Below are positions 31,006-47,743 of a DNA stretch of 64,000 bases, piece after piece; position 1 is the stretch's first letter, and the number at the start of each line of letters is the position of its first letter. Position numbers and translations under genes: made by a program. This DNA is from the human T2T-CHM13v2.0 reference genome, Homo sapiens: NCBI RefSeq assembly GCF_009914755.1, contig NC_060928.1, one strand, 5' to 3'. Below the pieces are notes generated by a model that made no database searches, was not told the origin of the DNA, and saw nothing but the letters and a program-made list of their open reading frames with translations.

Positions 31006-33183
31006 AGAAAATAATATCATTAAAAATTTTAAAAAAATTAAAAATGTAAATCACTCCAAATGGTCTTCCTCATAACTAAAAAAGTAAATATGTTAAAAAT
31101 TAATTAATTTATAATTGGAAGGGTTGAGAATGATCATCTCTCTAGGATATTATAAAATAATTTATTCCACTAGTTGGAACACAAGAATAAATAACTCTGA
31201 AGTATTTTCTAGCCCTATAACTCTGTGAAAAGTTATGACTTAGGTCTCATTAAACCCCTGAGAAAGTTGCAATGATAAGATGACAGGTCAACTTTGACTT
31301 TCCATTTCTCGTCAAAGTCATTCACCTTCTCATCTAACGATGAAGTTTGGACATGTACTGGGAAAATCTTAAGGCTGATGGGACCTGATAATATCTACTT
31401 TAGGAAACACCTCATCACTCTCCCCAGAAAGTATTTTCTAGGATGTCAGACCAATTTTTCAGCTCATGTGAAACTGAACATTCCAGACTTCACTGAGCCT
31501 CTTATCTAAACCACAGACTGAACTCAGAATTCACCAATCCCAGGGAATTGAAACTTACATTGTATCCTGAATTAAAGAAATTAATTGAAAGCAATTTTGT
31601 GACACAGAATCCAGACCCATCAATTCCTACCTCCCTTATGATACAATGTAATAATAAATAAATAGCCTGTCTCATTTTTAAAATGTTGCTTGGGCATTAA
31701 AATTGCAGTGAGAGAAGTAAAAGGCAGACTTACTGTTAACTGATTTGTTTTTAAGTTTCTGTTATCATTCAAACTATGCTAATCAATGTCAAGCCTAATT
31801 TGGCTTTCTCCACTTCAAGAGCATTCTCTAAAAGCTGATGAAAATGGTTATGTAAACTCTGGACAAAATTTCATTTATTAGGCTTCTCTCTACGTCTTGA
31901 AAATACTGGGTAGAGAACCAAACATAGAGACAATACTGAGGCCCCTTTCCACAAGTTCAGAATTAAGGGTTATTTGAGAGTTTGTGAGAGGAATGAACAG
32001 TCTCCACCATGACTGTTTATTTCCTCAAAAATAGAAGTGTATGTCTTTCTTTAAGTATTTTTTACACATAAAGCATGCTGGCCTTGGAGCTTTTGAATGA
32101 GATCCAGCCTCCTTTACATGAGTAAAATTAGTTTCAGGGGTTTTGTTTGTTTTTGCCTACAAAGAGAAGTTCCTTAGATAGCATCTACGGGGAATTGGTT
32201 ACCTATACCACAGCCTCTTTGGGGAGTGTTTTTTGGTGACAAATCTTTTGCTCTTTGCTCTTCCTTTCTTTATTTTTTCTGTATTTGTTTGTTTTTGTTT
32301 TTGTTTTTGTTTTTTTTTACATTTTGTGGGTACATAGTAGGTGTGGCCTTCCTTTCTATTTGATCTTTATCATGTTAGAGAGTAGGGCTTTTATTAGAAG
32401 ATACTGTTGATATTTTCTCAAATCTTCTTTAGCCATTTTCTGAGCTAGACTATATATAAAGGGTCTTAAATATAGACCATGAATAAAATAAATTATGGCT
32501 AATGAAATTAATTTGAAAAAATGGACTGAAGATTTTATTCCTAAACTAGCTCATTCTATAAGAGTTCTCAGTTTTTGTTGCTGATAATCCATTTCTATCA
32601 AAGTCGAGTATACATGTTGAGCAAAGAGCCGGTTAGTTTCCATGACCCACCGTTATTAGATGGAAGATCTGAGGCTGCTTATAAATGAAACTTCAACTCT
32701 GTTAGACTTGTATGGGCTTAGAGAAACCCTCTAACTCAGGCTCATCACCCAGGCACCACAGAGCCTTCTTGGTAAACGGCATGACACTGAAAGAATCACG
32801 CCATTTTCACATCTGTTTTTTTTATTTTCCCCATGACCAACTGTTACCAGTAAGAACACTTCTTTTGCCAGCTGGCTAGTACATTGTGGATTAAATGTGT
32901 ATAGTTTTGAAAAAATACTGCCTTATAGCTTTAAAAATATGCATTACTCAAAATTCCACTTCTATTACAGAAATTTATCCTGAAGAAATAGAGCACATGT
33001 GCATACAGATCTTTAAAAGGTTGATATGCATGTAATATTTATGAAAGTTAAAATTGGAAACACAAAATGTACAAATGGAGAAGATTATTTGCAACATAAA
33101 AGTGATGGAGTGCTAAACAGCTCTGCAAAATGACTATTTAGACTTGTAACATTGAACATTAAAAGATAAAAGGTACATTTAAT

Positions 33184-33472
33184 GCTGGATGTAGTGGCTC
33201 ACGCCTGTAATCCCAGCACTTTGGGAGGCCGAGGTGGGCAGATCACTTGAGGTCAGGAGTTTAAGACCACCCTGACCAACATAGTGAAACCCTGTGTCTA
33301 CTAAAAGTACAAAAATTAGCTGGGTGCAGTGGCAGATGCCTGTACTCCCAGCTACTCAGGAGGATGAGGCAGGAGAATCGCTTGAACTCAGGGGGCAGAG
33401 ATTGCAGTGAGCCAAGATTGTGCCGCTGCACTCCAGCCTGGGCGACAGAACAAGACTCCGTCTCAAAAAAAA
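33184..33472 (+). mobile_element. AluS
   Basis: Full dimer. Confidence 0.95.
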
Positions 33473-34357
33473 TTTTTTTAAGATACAAACAGTATAATCT
33501 TATCTTTTAAATACATGTGAATTTGCATTACAAAATCTCAGTCAATTATCTCTAAGTGATAGAATTTCTGTATTTTCTATTTTTAATAAATATGTATATT
33601 TTTAATCCAAACTATTGCTTTACAGAACACTATATACGTGTGCATTTTACTCCATCAAGTAAATGATATGAAGGTCATTTTTAACTTCGACAAGAACAGT
33701 TTGGTAGGGTGATGAGTCTGAAATTTTGTTTAAATGTGTTCACATATTTGTGATTGGCTTTGAAATAAGCTGGTAGAGGCTAATTGATGGGTGTTGGAGT
33801 ATTCATTTTACAAATTGTCTCTCTTTTTTTGCTTATGCTTAAATTTTTCTATAATAAACAATAAAAAATGAGTGGGCTAAAGAGAAAATGAGAGGAGTAA
33901 AATTGGAGACAAATCATCAAAATGTATAGTCAACTTTTTCAAAAGATTATTTTTTTTTTAAAGGTGAGAAATAGGATGATAGCTGGAGACTATCCAGAGA
34001 GAATTTGGTTTTAAGATAGGAGAAAGTACAGCATTTGCAAGTGATCCAGGAAACAATTTAAAGAAAAATGCAGAAGTGATTGGGGGTACAATTGCTGCAG
34101 TGATGAGTTTACACAGGTAAGAGGGAAGAGAATTTATTGGGCAGGTAGAATGGCAAGACATAAGAGGAGAGAGGTCCAGGACAATATGACAGAGACTTTA
34201 AATCCCTCTATAGAGAAACTGGATTTACTCAACCGGTTACTGGAAACCTTCAAAGAATTTTAAGCAGACGAGTGGCATGGTAGATTTGTGTTTTGATTAA
34301 ACGACAGCATATCCAAAATGGGATTTAAGTTAGACTGTGAATTTCCATCTACTCTTG

Positions 34358-34510
34358 ATTTTTTGTTGTTGTCGCTGTTTTTTTTTTTTTTTTAGAGATG
34401 TGATTTCACTATGTTGCCCAGGCTGACCTCAACCTCCTGGGTTCACGCAATCCTTCCACCTGGCCCTCCTGAGTGACTAGGACTACAGGTGTGCACCACT
34501 GCCCCTGGCC
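34358..34510 (-). mobile_element. Alu monomer (FLAM/FRAM-like)
   Basis: Antisense monomer with T tail. Confidence 0.85.
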
Positions 34511-34683
34511 TGGTATTTGTTTATTGTACCAAAACCTTCAGTGTTCGAGTGAATTATTTTGATGGCATTTTACATCTTTTTTGGAAATCCTTTGAGTGTC
34601 AAAAAGTAAACTTTGTCTCAGAAAAGAATATCAACATTCATGATGTCACTATATAACAGCCAATATCAGAAAGTGTAATCTTT

Positions 34684-34802
34684 GGCCAGGTGTGGTAGCT
34701 CACACCTATAATCCCCACTTTGGGAGGCCAAGGCAGGAGGATCACTTGAGCCCAGGAATTAGAGACCAGCCTCGGCAACACGGTGAAAACCTATCTTAAA
34801 AA
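34684..34802 (+). mobile_element. FLAM / Alu left monomer
   Basis: TSD AGAAAGT(G/A)TAATCT on both sides. Confidence 0.88.
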
Positions 34803-35575
34803 AGAAAGTATAATCTCCTATTCTTTGTAATTCAATATATAAAAACTGGTATCTCATCACTGTTTTAGATTGCTTTTATTTAACATCCAATGAGGGTAAA
34901 CACTTCCATATGTATATTCACTTTCAGTATTTGGACTGTTAGTAAACTTTATTGGTGAAGTTTCTAAGGTGAAGTTGTTGTTCAGTGTGTGTTAGTAACA
35001 GAAGAAGTCTCTGTAAGTCTAAGAAGAAACTGTATCTGGCTGTTTCTATTATCAGCCCAGAACTCCTTTCTCAAAGAACCTTAAGCTTTTAAACCCATGT
35101 GAAATATTTAGTTTTAACTTTCTAGGCATTGAGTGTAAGAAGCTGGAGACACAGTAATCACAAAGAAACATACCTATTGCAGACAACACAGTCACATCCC
35201 ATGGCAAGTCTGTTCTTTGCTGTCTTTTTACAGATTACATCAATACATACCTTCTGTTGGTATGCTGCAGAAAGCTTTTTATGTCTGACAGATAGATGTA
35301 AACATTGCTTGTAAGCTTTAATTTTTCAAGGAAAAGAAACACAGACATTACGCACAGTATTAAGGAAGAAGAGAAAGTAAAAATAAATCTAGACTAATTT
35401 TGGGTTACTTGCAATTTAGGGATAAACCTTTGGATTACTCCTCAAAGATATGGAAATCACTGGTTCCTATTAAATATCTGTCTAAATGTCTCTTAAGCAT
35501 TGGGAGTGAGTGGGAAGTATAGTATGGTATTTGTTGCTGTAATGCAGGGGTGAGAAAACTTTTTCAGTAAAGGTC

Positions 35576-35693
35576 TATATATATATATATACACACACAC
35601 ACATATACACACATACACACATATATGTACATATACACACACATATATGTACATATACACACACATATATATGTATATATACACACATATATA

Positions 35694-35728
<35 letters not shown>

Positions 35729-35729
35729 G
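35576..35729. repeat. Alternating purine-pyrimidine (TA/CA/TG) compound microsatellite
   Basis: ~150 bp of (TA)n(CA)n...(TG)n(TA)n. Confidence 0.95.
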
Positions 35730-36019
35730 TTTTTTTTTTGAGACCAAGTTTTGTTCTTGTTGCCCAGGCTGGAGTGCAATGGCGCGATCTCAGCTCACAC
35801 AACCTCCACCTCCTGGGTTCAAGCAATTCTCCTGACTCAGCCTCCTGAGTAGCTGGGATTACAGGCATGTACCACCACGCCTGGCTAATTTTGTGTTTTT
35901 AGTAGAGACGGGGTTTCTCCATGTTGGTCAGGCTGCTCTCAAACTTCAGACCTCAGGTGATCTGCCCACTTCAGCTTCCCAAAGTGCTGGGATTAGAGGC
36001 GTGAGCCACTGCACCTGGC
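35730..36019 (-). mobile_element. AluSp
   Basis: Antisense dimer, TTTCTCCATGTTGGTCAGG. Confidence 0.93.
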
Positions 36020-36021
36020 TA

Positions 36022-36318
36022 TTTTTTTTTTTTTTTTTGAGACAGAGTCTGGCTCTGTTGCCCAGGCTGGAGTGCAGTAGTGTCATCTTGGCTCACTGCA
36101 ACCTCCACCTCCTGAATTCAAGCGATTCTCCTACCTCAGCCTCCCGAGTAACTGAGACCACAGGCATGTGCCACCACACCCAGCTAATTTTTGTATTCTT
36201 AGTAGAGACAGGGTTTTGCCATGTTGGCCAGGCTGGTCTCAAATTCCTGGCCTCAGTGATCTGCCCACCTCGGCCTCCCAGAGTGCTGGGATTACAGGCG
36301 TGAGCCAGTGCGCCCACC
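36022..36318 (-). mobile_element. AluS (tandem with previous)
   Basis: Antisense dimer. Confidence 0.93.
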
Positions 36319-37308
36319 ATGATAAATATTTTAAGCTTTGAGTGCCATATAGTTTCTGTTGCAACTATTTCACTTTGCTGTTGTACTCAGAAGGCAGCCA
36401 TAGACAACACTTAAACAGATGCACATGGCTGCATTCTGATAAAACTGTAATAATGGATTCTAAAATTTGCATTTCATGTTATTTTCAAATGTCAGAAAAT
36501 ACTACTCTTCTTTTCATGTTTAACTATTCAAAAACATAAAAATCATTCTTAGCTCTTGAATTGTACAAAAATAAGTATCAGGCCAGATTTGGCCTGTGGT
36601 CTATAGTTTGCCCACTGCTGCTGCAACAGATTAATCAAGTGTTTCTTTTTGAAATGAATCAGCATTTCTGAAGCACTTCCAAGGAACACAGCTCATCTAA
36701 TTTCCCAAATGAAGATATTATCATAAATACTCTATAAATGACAAGTTGCAAAGAACAGATGACCACGTGAACCTGAAAGTTAAAGGTTGTATTAAATTCA
36801 GATGCAAACAATTCACAATTCACAAGAATCCATTTATTAACAACAACAAAAAGCTTGCCTACATATTCGAATGCTTGGCAACAAGATGAATGTTGGTGGA
36901 TAAAGCCATGGAAGGGAGTTCACAGCTATGATATGAGCTGCAATTGTATGATATAAGAGCAAATCACTTAAACTTTCTTGACTTCAGTTACCTCATCTAT
37001 GAAATAAGCCCATTAGATTAGATTCTACCTAAACTTCCTTCCAGCTGTGAGTTTTCATCACGTCTATTGAGTTACAGCATAAAATAATTCATCTAGCCTG
37101 TATCTTGGAATTTATGAGCCCTGAATATGCAGACCATTACTAAGCCATGTTTGTCTTTGTTCACCATTGAATCCAATCCCAGGATCTATCCAAATGGCTA
37201 AAATATAGTAAAAATATAATAAATGTGTTGAATAAATTTTAAAAATACAAATTTCCTCACTTTACAAGATAATGTATAAAAAGTGATTGAAATAAGTTAA
37301 TACATTTA

Positions 37309-37719
<411 letters not shown>

Positions 37720-37861
37720 CTAAGGGCAGAATGGGGTCGGGGTACAAAGGATGATGGGAAAATTTATTTATTTATGCCAATTTTCCTTTCAATTTGCTTT
37801 TATAATTAGAATATAAACATTTAGTAGAAAGAGTGAAATCTGAAATAAAAGTTGACTTCTA

Positions 37862-38230
<369 letters not shown>

Positions 38231-38739
38231 ATAATTAAGAAATGAATAAATATTTTCTGTCATTTGCTCTTTCCCTAGCAAAATCTCTTTTTCACACATA
38301 TATACACAAATACACACAAACACACATACACTCTGATTCTTTCAACTCATGACCTTTTATTTGTCATCTCTAAAAATGTTAATATTATGAAGATATGTTA
38401 ATAAATGAGGATTGTTACATAAATGAAAATTTTAACTATGAAAGCTACAGTAGACAGACACGGAAAGTGTTGGCTCTAGATTCGGAAGACCATCATTGCG
38501 TGAACACAATAATGAACAGCACCAGACTGACAGGCGGGAGCGTAGCAACAGGCTAGGAGCATCAGAAAAGAACAGTCTACACAGACTGAGGTGGACGGCG
38601 AAGAGATGTGGCAGATTTTCTCTGTGAGTGCTCCCATTTTAATCAGTGAAATAATAAAGAAGCAAAGTCAAAACTGAGAATGATTAAGAGGAAGGGAAGA
38701 AGGTGTTGAAAGCTTAAGGCATAAGAAGTAATGAAATAA

Positions 38740-39141
<402 letters not shown>

Positions 39142-39660
39142 TACACATTTTTCAATTGACATTTAAAATGTTTCATTGTGACTTCTTAAAGTTGCTAAGG
39201 ATGTAACGCCTGGTATATTCTAAATATAGATATTTTAAATAAGACTTTTAAAAGGGTAGTCATTGGAATTTGACAAAGTCTACTTTACAAAAACTAAAAA
39301 TATGGCTCATACAAATATAAAGTGAGCAGGTGCCAAAGATGTATTTAAAGAGGAAACCATTAATGCGGGAATTAGCAAGGTGGTAAAGCAAACCCAAAGG
39401 GTGATAGGAGAGGCCATGTGTATAGCTCCTGAAAGGAAGTGTGATGAATAAAACCGCTAAATTAGATATAAAATGAGTTAATGCCCTACAGGGCAATACA
39501 CATGCAACCTTTGAGTTATTTTTTCTATAGGACAGAAATCATTCACATATCTACTGGACAAAATTGTATTGGACAAGAATCTTTATAGTGCTATTAGTCT
39601 TTTAAAATTCTGCATCTACCCTTAGAGAATTGGTAAATTTTTTAAATTATAAAATATTTT

Positions 39661-39967
<307 letters not shown>

Positions 39968-39972
<5 letters not shown>

Positions 39973-40095
39973 TATATATACACACACACATAAAAAAATA
40001 TATATGTGTATATATATTTGTATATATATACATAAATATATGTATATGTGTATATATATATATACATAAATATATGTATATGTATATATATATAT
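39968..40095. repeat. TA-rich compound microsatellite
   Basis: (TA)n/(CA)n/TATG units after Alu tail. Confidence 0.92.
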
Positions 40096-40206
40096 TTGAT
40101 CAATAGGAAATAGTAAGTTAAAAGAGGTATGTATCCCCAGAAAATTAGATAATTCATGTGTAAGTCTGTTAGAAAATGTTCCAATATATTAAAAAACCAT
40201 GTGATC

Positions 40207-40520
40207 AGCCGGGCACGGTAGCTCATGCCTGTAATCCCAGCACTTTGGGAAGCTGAGGTGGGCAGCTCACTTGAGGTCAGAAGTTTGAGACTAGCCTGGA
40301 CAACATGGTGAAACCCCATCTCTACTAAAAAAAAAAAAACAAGAAAAAAATTAGCTGGGTGTGGTGGTGCACGCCTGTAATCCCAGCTACTTGGCAGGCT
40401 GAGGCAGGAGAATCCCTTGAACCCAGGAGGCAGAGTTGCAGTGAGCCGAGGTCACACCACTGCACTCCAGCCTGGGTGACAGACCAAGACTCTGTTTAAA
40501 AAAAAAGTTAAAAAAAAAAA
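40207..40520 (+). mobile_element. AluS
   Basis: Full dimer. Confidence 0.94.
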
Positions 40521-40616
40521 GTGATCATTCTTCTACCTGTTCACATTTTACATATTTTATTTCTTAGCAAATCAAAACAGCATAATAATCTGACACCCAG
40601 AATCATTCATTTTAAG

Positions 40617-40706
40617 AATACAAGGCTCATCAACAGAATAATACAAGAAAATACAAGACTCATCAAAAGAAAATACAGAAAATACAAGACTCATCAACAG
40701 AATAAT
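40617..40706. repeat. Three-copy ~32-bp minisatellite
   Basis: AATACAAG(G/A)CTCATCAA(C/A)AGAA at 40617, 40650, 40681. Confidence 0.9.
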
Positions 40707-40786
40707 TTACATTATTCCTTTTTCTACTTGAAATGGTATTTCTATTCACCTTCACCAAAGAATTTATTTTAATTTAGCATATTTTT

Positions 40787-41100
40787 GCCAAGGCACAGTG
40801 GCTCATACCTGTAATCCCAGGACAGTGGCTCATACCTGTAATCCCAAGGGAGGCCGAGATGGACAGATTGTTTGAGCTAAGGAGTTCAAGACTAGCCTGG
40901 GCAATAGAGCGAAACTCCATCTCTACAAAAAATACCAAAAAAATTAGCCGGGCATAGTAGCACATGCCTATAGTCCCAGCTACTGTGGAGGCTGAGGTGG
41001 GAGGATTACCAGAGCACGGGAATTCGAGGATACAGTGAGCCACGATCATGCCACTGCACTCCAGCCTGGCCAACAGGAAAAAGACCCTGTCTCTAAACAA
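40787..41100 (+). mobile_element. AluJ with duplicated 5' segment
   Basis: ACAGTGGCTCATACCTGTAATCCCA repeated at 40795-40819 and 40822-40846. Confidence 0.92.
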
Positions 41101-41364
41101 ATAATTTTATATATTTTTATGTTTGACTGTCTTTTATTGATCATTCCATTATTCTCTGCAATAATAACTGGTATTTAAATCAGATTATTTTCTGGTCATA
41201 GGCTCATAAGTTTAAAAAAAACTATTCTTCTATATTAAGTTTGCTAACTATTATCAGTACACAATGAATAAAAACAACGTAAAATCTGGAAAAAAAAAGC
41301 AGGAAAAGGGGACTGTCATTCCTCTTGCACAGGAACATTCTGAAGCAGATGGATTTTAGGAAAG

Positions 41365-41482
41365 ATATGTATATATATGTGTGTGTGTGCGCGCATATGT
41401 ATGTGTATATATGTGTGTGTGCAAATATATGTACATGTGTGTGTGCAAATATATGTATATATGTGTGTGTGTATATAGATAT
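41365..41482. repeat. TA/TG compound microsatellite
   Basis: (TATG/TG/TA)n. Confidence 0.9.
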
Positions 41483-41680
41483 AAAATATAGAAATTGAGG
41501 ATATGGAAACTCAAGCTTCCAAGTCTTAATGGATAGCAGTTTGAAACCATCAGTCTTTAGAGTAGGAGAGTGAATGGACTAGGTTAGTAAATCTCAAAGT
41601 GTGATCCCTAGACCAACTGCATCAGCATCCCCTCGAAACTTGCTAAAAAATGCAAGTTCTCAGTCCCCACCTTAGACTGC

Positions 41681-42466
<786 letters not shown>

Positions 42467-42974
42467 GCCTACTGAATCAGAAACTCAAGGTAGAGTCCAG
42501 CAATCTGTATAAAACACACGAGATTCTGATGCATGTTAGACAGCCACTGGATAGGGAGACACAGTAGAATTGCAGAGGAGTGTGAAGAGCAAGTGAGACC
42601 ATGCAACAAAGTTGTGTTCGTCTCCAATGACATGCAGCTGCATGAGTAGATGAGAGGCTTTAACTGGAGTTAGTGTTTTGCCAGGGCTATATGTCAAAGC
42701 AAGAGAGGCAATGGACTGTGTGCAAAGGAGCTATTAAAGTGATGAACCATGGAATATCAGCTGCATAAGAAGGAAAGTAAAAAAATGATGAGTGACAGTC
42801 TGTAAAAACTATGATGGAGGCTGAAGGATTGACAGCAAAACCACAGGGACCTATTCCATCCAGAATCCTAGAGTGATTCTGAAAAAGAAAATAAATAATT
42901 TTGAGAAAATTGAAAATTTTTTCTAATGGAAGAGGACTCTATATATGAACAAAACAGACTATGGCTATCTATAC

Positions 42975-43440
42975 CAGTTATTTTCCAACTTTCATGACAG
43001 AGATTCACACTAAGAAATACATTTCACATAGTGTTTTATGAAAGGAGAGAAGGTTAGAAATACATTTTGCATTATGGCTATTACAAATACATGTCTATAA
43101 TGAAAACAAGTTGTGTTTTTTTGTTTTTTTGTTTTTTTGTTTTGGTGGAGATGGGGTCTTGCTATATTGCCCAGACTGGTCTCAAAACCCTGGGCTCAAG
43201 TTATCTTCCTGCCTCTGCCTCCCAAAGTGTTGGGATTACAGGTAGGAGCCACCATGCCCAACCACTGAAACAAGTTTCACCAAATAGTACTTACCTTACT
43301 ACACATGATACACTCAGTTTTCTATTCTAGTCCATTCTGTTCTATTCTAATCCATCCAGTTTTAAACCTCTGATTGTGGCGCATTATATTGATTTTAGAT
43401 TTCCTAATGGGTTCCAACTCACAGTTTAAAAAGCAGCAGT
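42975..43440. mobile_element. hAT-Charlie-type DNA transposon fossil split by FLAM
   Basis: CAGTTATTTTCCAACT...TAAGAAATACATTTCACAT and CTAATGGGTTCCAACTCACAGTTTAAAAAGCA ends. Confidence 0.45.
43115..43263 (-). mobile_element. FLAM-C
   Basis: Antisense left monomer; TSD-like TGAAA(A)CAAGTT. Confidence 0.87.
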
Positions 43441-43445
43441 CTATG

Positions 43446-43778
43446 CCACTGCTGCCCAACAGTAATATGATGCAAGCCACATGTGCAATTTAAAATTGTC
43501 TAGTATCTGCATTAAAAAAGTAAAAAAAATAAATTAACTTTAATAATACATTTTATTAATGTAATATATTCTAAGCATTATCATTTCAACATGTAATCAA
43601 ATTGAAAAATTGTCTAGTAATAAATATGAGAATTTTACATTCTTTTTAAAATATGCAATCTTCAAAATTTAGCATGTATTTTATATTTATGGCATATCTC
43701 AGTTGGAAGTAGCCATATTTCAAGTGCTGAACAGGCACATGTGGCTAGTAGCTGTTGTCTGGCTAAGACAGTGCAGGT
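43446..43778. mobile_element. MER33 hAT fossil
   Basis: ATGCAAGCCACATGT...TATCATTTCAACATGTAATCAA...TAGCCATATTTCAAGTGCT...CACATGTGGCTAGTAGCT. Confidence 0.82.
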
Positions 43779-43784
43779 CTACAC

Positions 43785-43998
43785 AATATTATATCATGGT
43801 GTCTAAGCAAGAGTCAGAAAGATTTGGTTTCTAAACTCATCTTTGCCACTGATTTGACTTCATTCAAATTAAATTTAAACTTCGAGTCATTTTTATCTTC
43901 AACTCTAATATGTGAGTAAAACAGTATCTAGTCTTACAGAATTGAGTGTTATATGAGATTAAGTATATAAAGTGTTTACAGTAGAATTGACATATACT
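43785..43998 (+). mobile_element. MIR
   Basis: GAGTCAGAAAGATTTGGTTTCTAAACTCATCTTTGCCACTGA...TATAAAGTGTTTA. Confidence 0.55.
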
Positions 43999-44290
<292 letters not shown>

Positions 44291-44529
44291 TTACAGTAGA
44301 ACTGGTATATAGCTGTTGTTATTACACACTCCTCAATGCAGATTAGTCAAATCTCTTAACTAAACAAAGTCAGATTAAATTTGTGGCTTGGGGTGTCCAT
44401 TCCTCAAATATTGACAGAACTCCTAATACTTAAACACTCTCCTCCTATAATAGAACGCTCAATTTAGGGAAATAAATTTTTAAAATACAAATAATAATTC
44501 AACACAGTAAGTGTAAAAATAAGGGTATT

Positions 44530-44840
44530 GTGGAGCACAATGGCTCACACCTGTAATCCCAGCACTTTGTAAGGTCAAGGCAGGAGGACTGCTTGAGGCC
44601 AGCAGCTGGAGACCAGCCTTAGCAACATAGCAAGACTCGTCTCTACAAAAATATAAAAATAAAAAAGTAGGGGGTGAGGCGGCACACACCTGTAGTCCTA
44701 CCTAATCAGGAGGCTGAGGCAAAAGGATCGGTTGAGCCCAGGAGTTCAAGGCTGCAATGAGCTATGATCACACCACTGCTCCCTAGCCTAGACAACAAGG
44801 TAACAGAGCTAGACCCTGTCTCTGAAAAAAGACAAAAAAC
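44530..44840 (+). mobile_element. AluJ
   Basis: Diverged dimer; TSD AAGGGTATT. Confidence 0.9.
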
Positions 44841-45161
44841 CAAGGGTATTAATAACATGTCATAGACTCATGTTACCCAAGGATACACAGGAAAGCCTAG
44901 TAGAGCAACTGATATGTGAGCTGAAAATCAAATTTTGAGGCAGGCTGGAGGAGAGAGGTGGAGAGGCAAAGCTTGTGCTCAAGTGCAAAGAAATGTGTAA
45001 AATAAATGCAACGGTGAACACGTATTATGGGCCTACTGTGTCCTCTGTACCAGCCACTTACTAGAATTATTTTAGCACATGACACTGTCAGGAAAGAGCA
45101 AAGGGTTCTGTCCTGGACTTTCAAAAGCTCTTCTTGATGACAGCCATGGGGCTAGATATGA

Positions 45162-45572
<411 letters not shown>

Positions 45573-46682
45573 CAGAATTTTTTAATAAAGTAAATTTGAC
45601 TCAATTTTTAATGTTATTTACTGTGCAATCAAGATCTTCCTATTGTTGGTATTATAATATCACTTATTTTATTAAATAAATATAATAATAATAGTGTTAT
45701 GGATTGGTTTGTTTGTTTTTAATATCCCAGCCTAGTACTTTTACTCAGCAAATAGTCAGTGAGCTTCTGCTTTTTTACCAGGTACAGTGCTAGGCACTGG
45801 AGATACATCAGTGAACAAGAGTTGGAAAAAGAAAAAAAAAAAAGGTCCTTCTCTTCACAGAGCTACATTCCAGTTGGGACACAGATTATAAACAAGTAAA
45901 CTAAGAAACTAACCAATAACCAGGATAAGTAGAGATTGAGATATAAGCAATGATGTGTATAACATAGGTGATATGACAATAATTGGGGCTGCCTGTTTTG
46001 GTTGGTGGCATCAGGAAAACTCTTATCTGAAGGAATAAAATTTAAATTGAGAAAGTACACTCTAGGCAAAACATAATGCCTGGAACAGAAGCACTAATAA
46101 TCAGTGACTATCATGCTTGTTAGTTCGCTAATCTCTAGAGACTTAATTGTCAATTATATTGGACAATAGATTCCACATTGCAAAGCACTAAGCTGTTGAG
46201 GTCTGATTCCTTTTTGGCTTTAGGAAGATCTATTTGTCAGCAGCAAACAGATTACACTGGATGAAGTAGAGGAGCACAGAAACAAAAGAGATGACTATTA
46301 GAATACATCAAGAAATGATGAAAACCTGAATAAAGTCAAAGATTGAAGTGACAAGATATGGTGACACCAAAATTAAGGAAATTGAGAAAGGTAAAGTCAA
46401 TAGGACTTTCTGGCTTGGATGTAGGAAATGGATATGGGAAGTATCAAGGATTACTATGAGGTCACTAGCTTTTGTAAGGCAAGATTGTGATGCTATTAAC
46501 CAAATGCAGCATCTGAAGATAACATTACTAGGATTTGTTGACAACCTACTGCATGTCAGGTACATGCAATTGTACAAACTTTAGGATACCCAAATGCTGG
46601 TTTTGTCTCTGGGATTACGGAGTAAAATGCACCTTACTGCCTTTATGACCATGGCCAATTTTACCATGAAAAATAATTTTAA

Positions 46683-46992
<310 letters not shown>

Positions 46993-47229
46993 TTAAAAAT
47001 TACAAATGCAAATTTCTAGGACCCTCCCAGAATCTTAAAAGAGACCTGTGCAAGTGAAGAAACCTGAAGCCTAACTAAGCTTCATCAGCTTCCTGGTGAC
47101 TCCTCCTTTGCATAACATATGGGATAATGAGTTTGAGTTGCTTGCAAGACACCAAAGGAGAATGTAATGTGGAGAGTTGAAGTTGTGAGTCTGTAGATTG
47201 TGAAAGATAGCCCGGGGAATCATTGGTCA

Positions 47230-47695
<466 letters not shown>

Positions 47696-47698
<3 letters not shown>

Positions 47699-47743
47699 GT
47701 ACCCTAAAACTTAAAGTATAATAATAATAAAATTTAAAAAAAA
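47696..47743 (+). mobile_element. Extreme 3' tip of young L1 (L1PA2/3-like)
   Basis: CATGTACCCTAAAACTTAAAGTATAATAATAATAAAA is the terminal sequence of young primate L1PA elements. Confidence 0.88.

Larger units (their letters stand above)
35545..36620 (+). mobile_element. MER58B-like hAT fossil split by microsatellite and two Alus
   Basis: CAGGGGTGAGAAAACTTTTTCAGTAAAGG (35545) resumes ~36321 GATAAATATTTTAAGCTTTG...GGCCAGATTTGGCCTGTGGTCTATAGTTTGCC. Confidence 0.8.

Noticed and set aside
35493-35868. Tyr/Ile/Cys/Val/His/Thr-rich ORFs (also 39812-40319, 41356-41550, 54517-54747)
   Set aside because: Dinucleotide microsatellite translations
40617-40706. CRISPR-like repeat-spacer pattern
   Set aside because: Only three copies, linkers are short and similar rather than unique spacers, eukaryotic context with no cas genes
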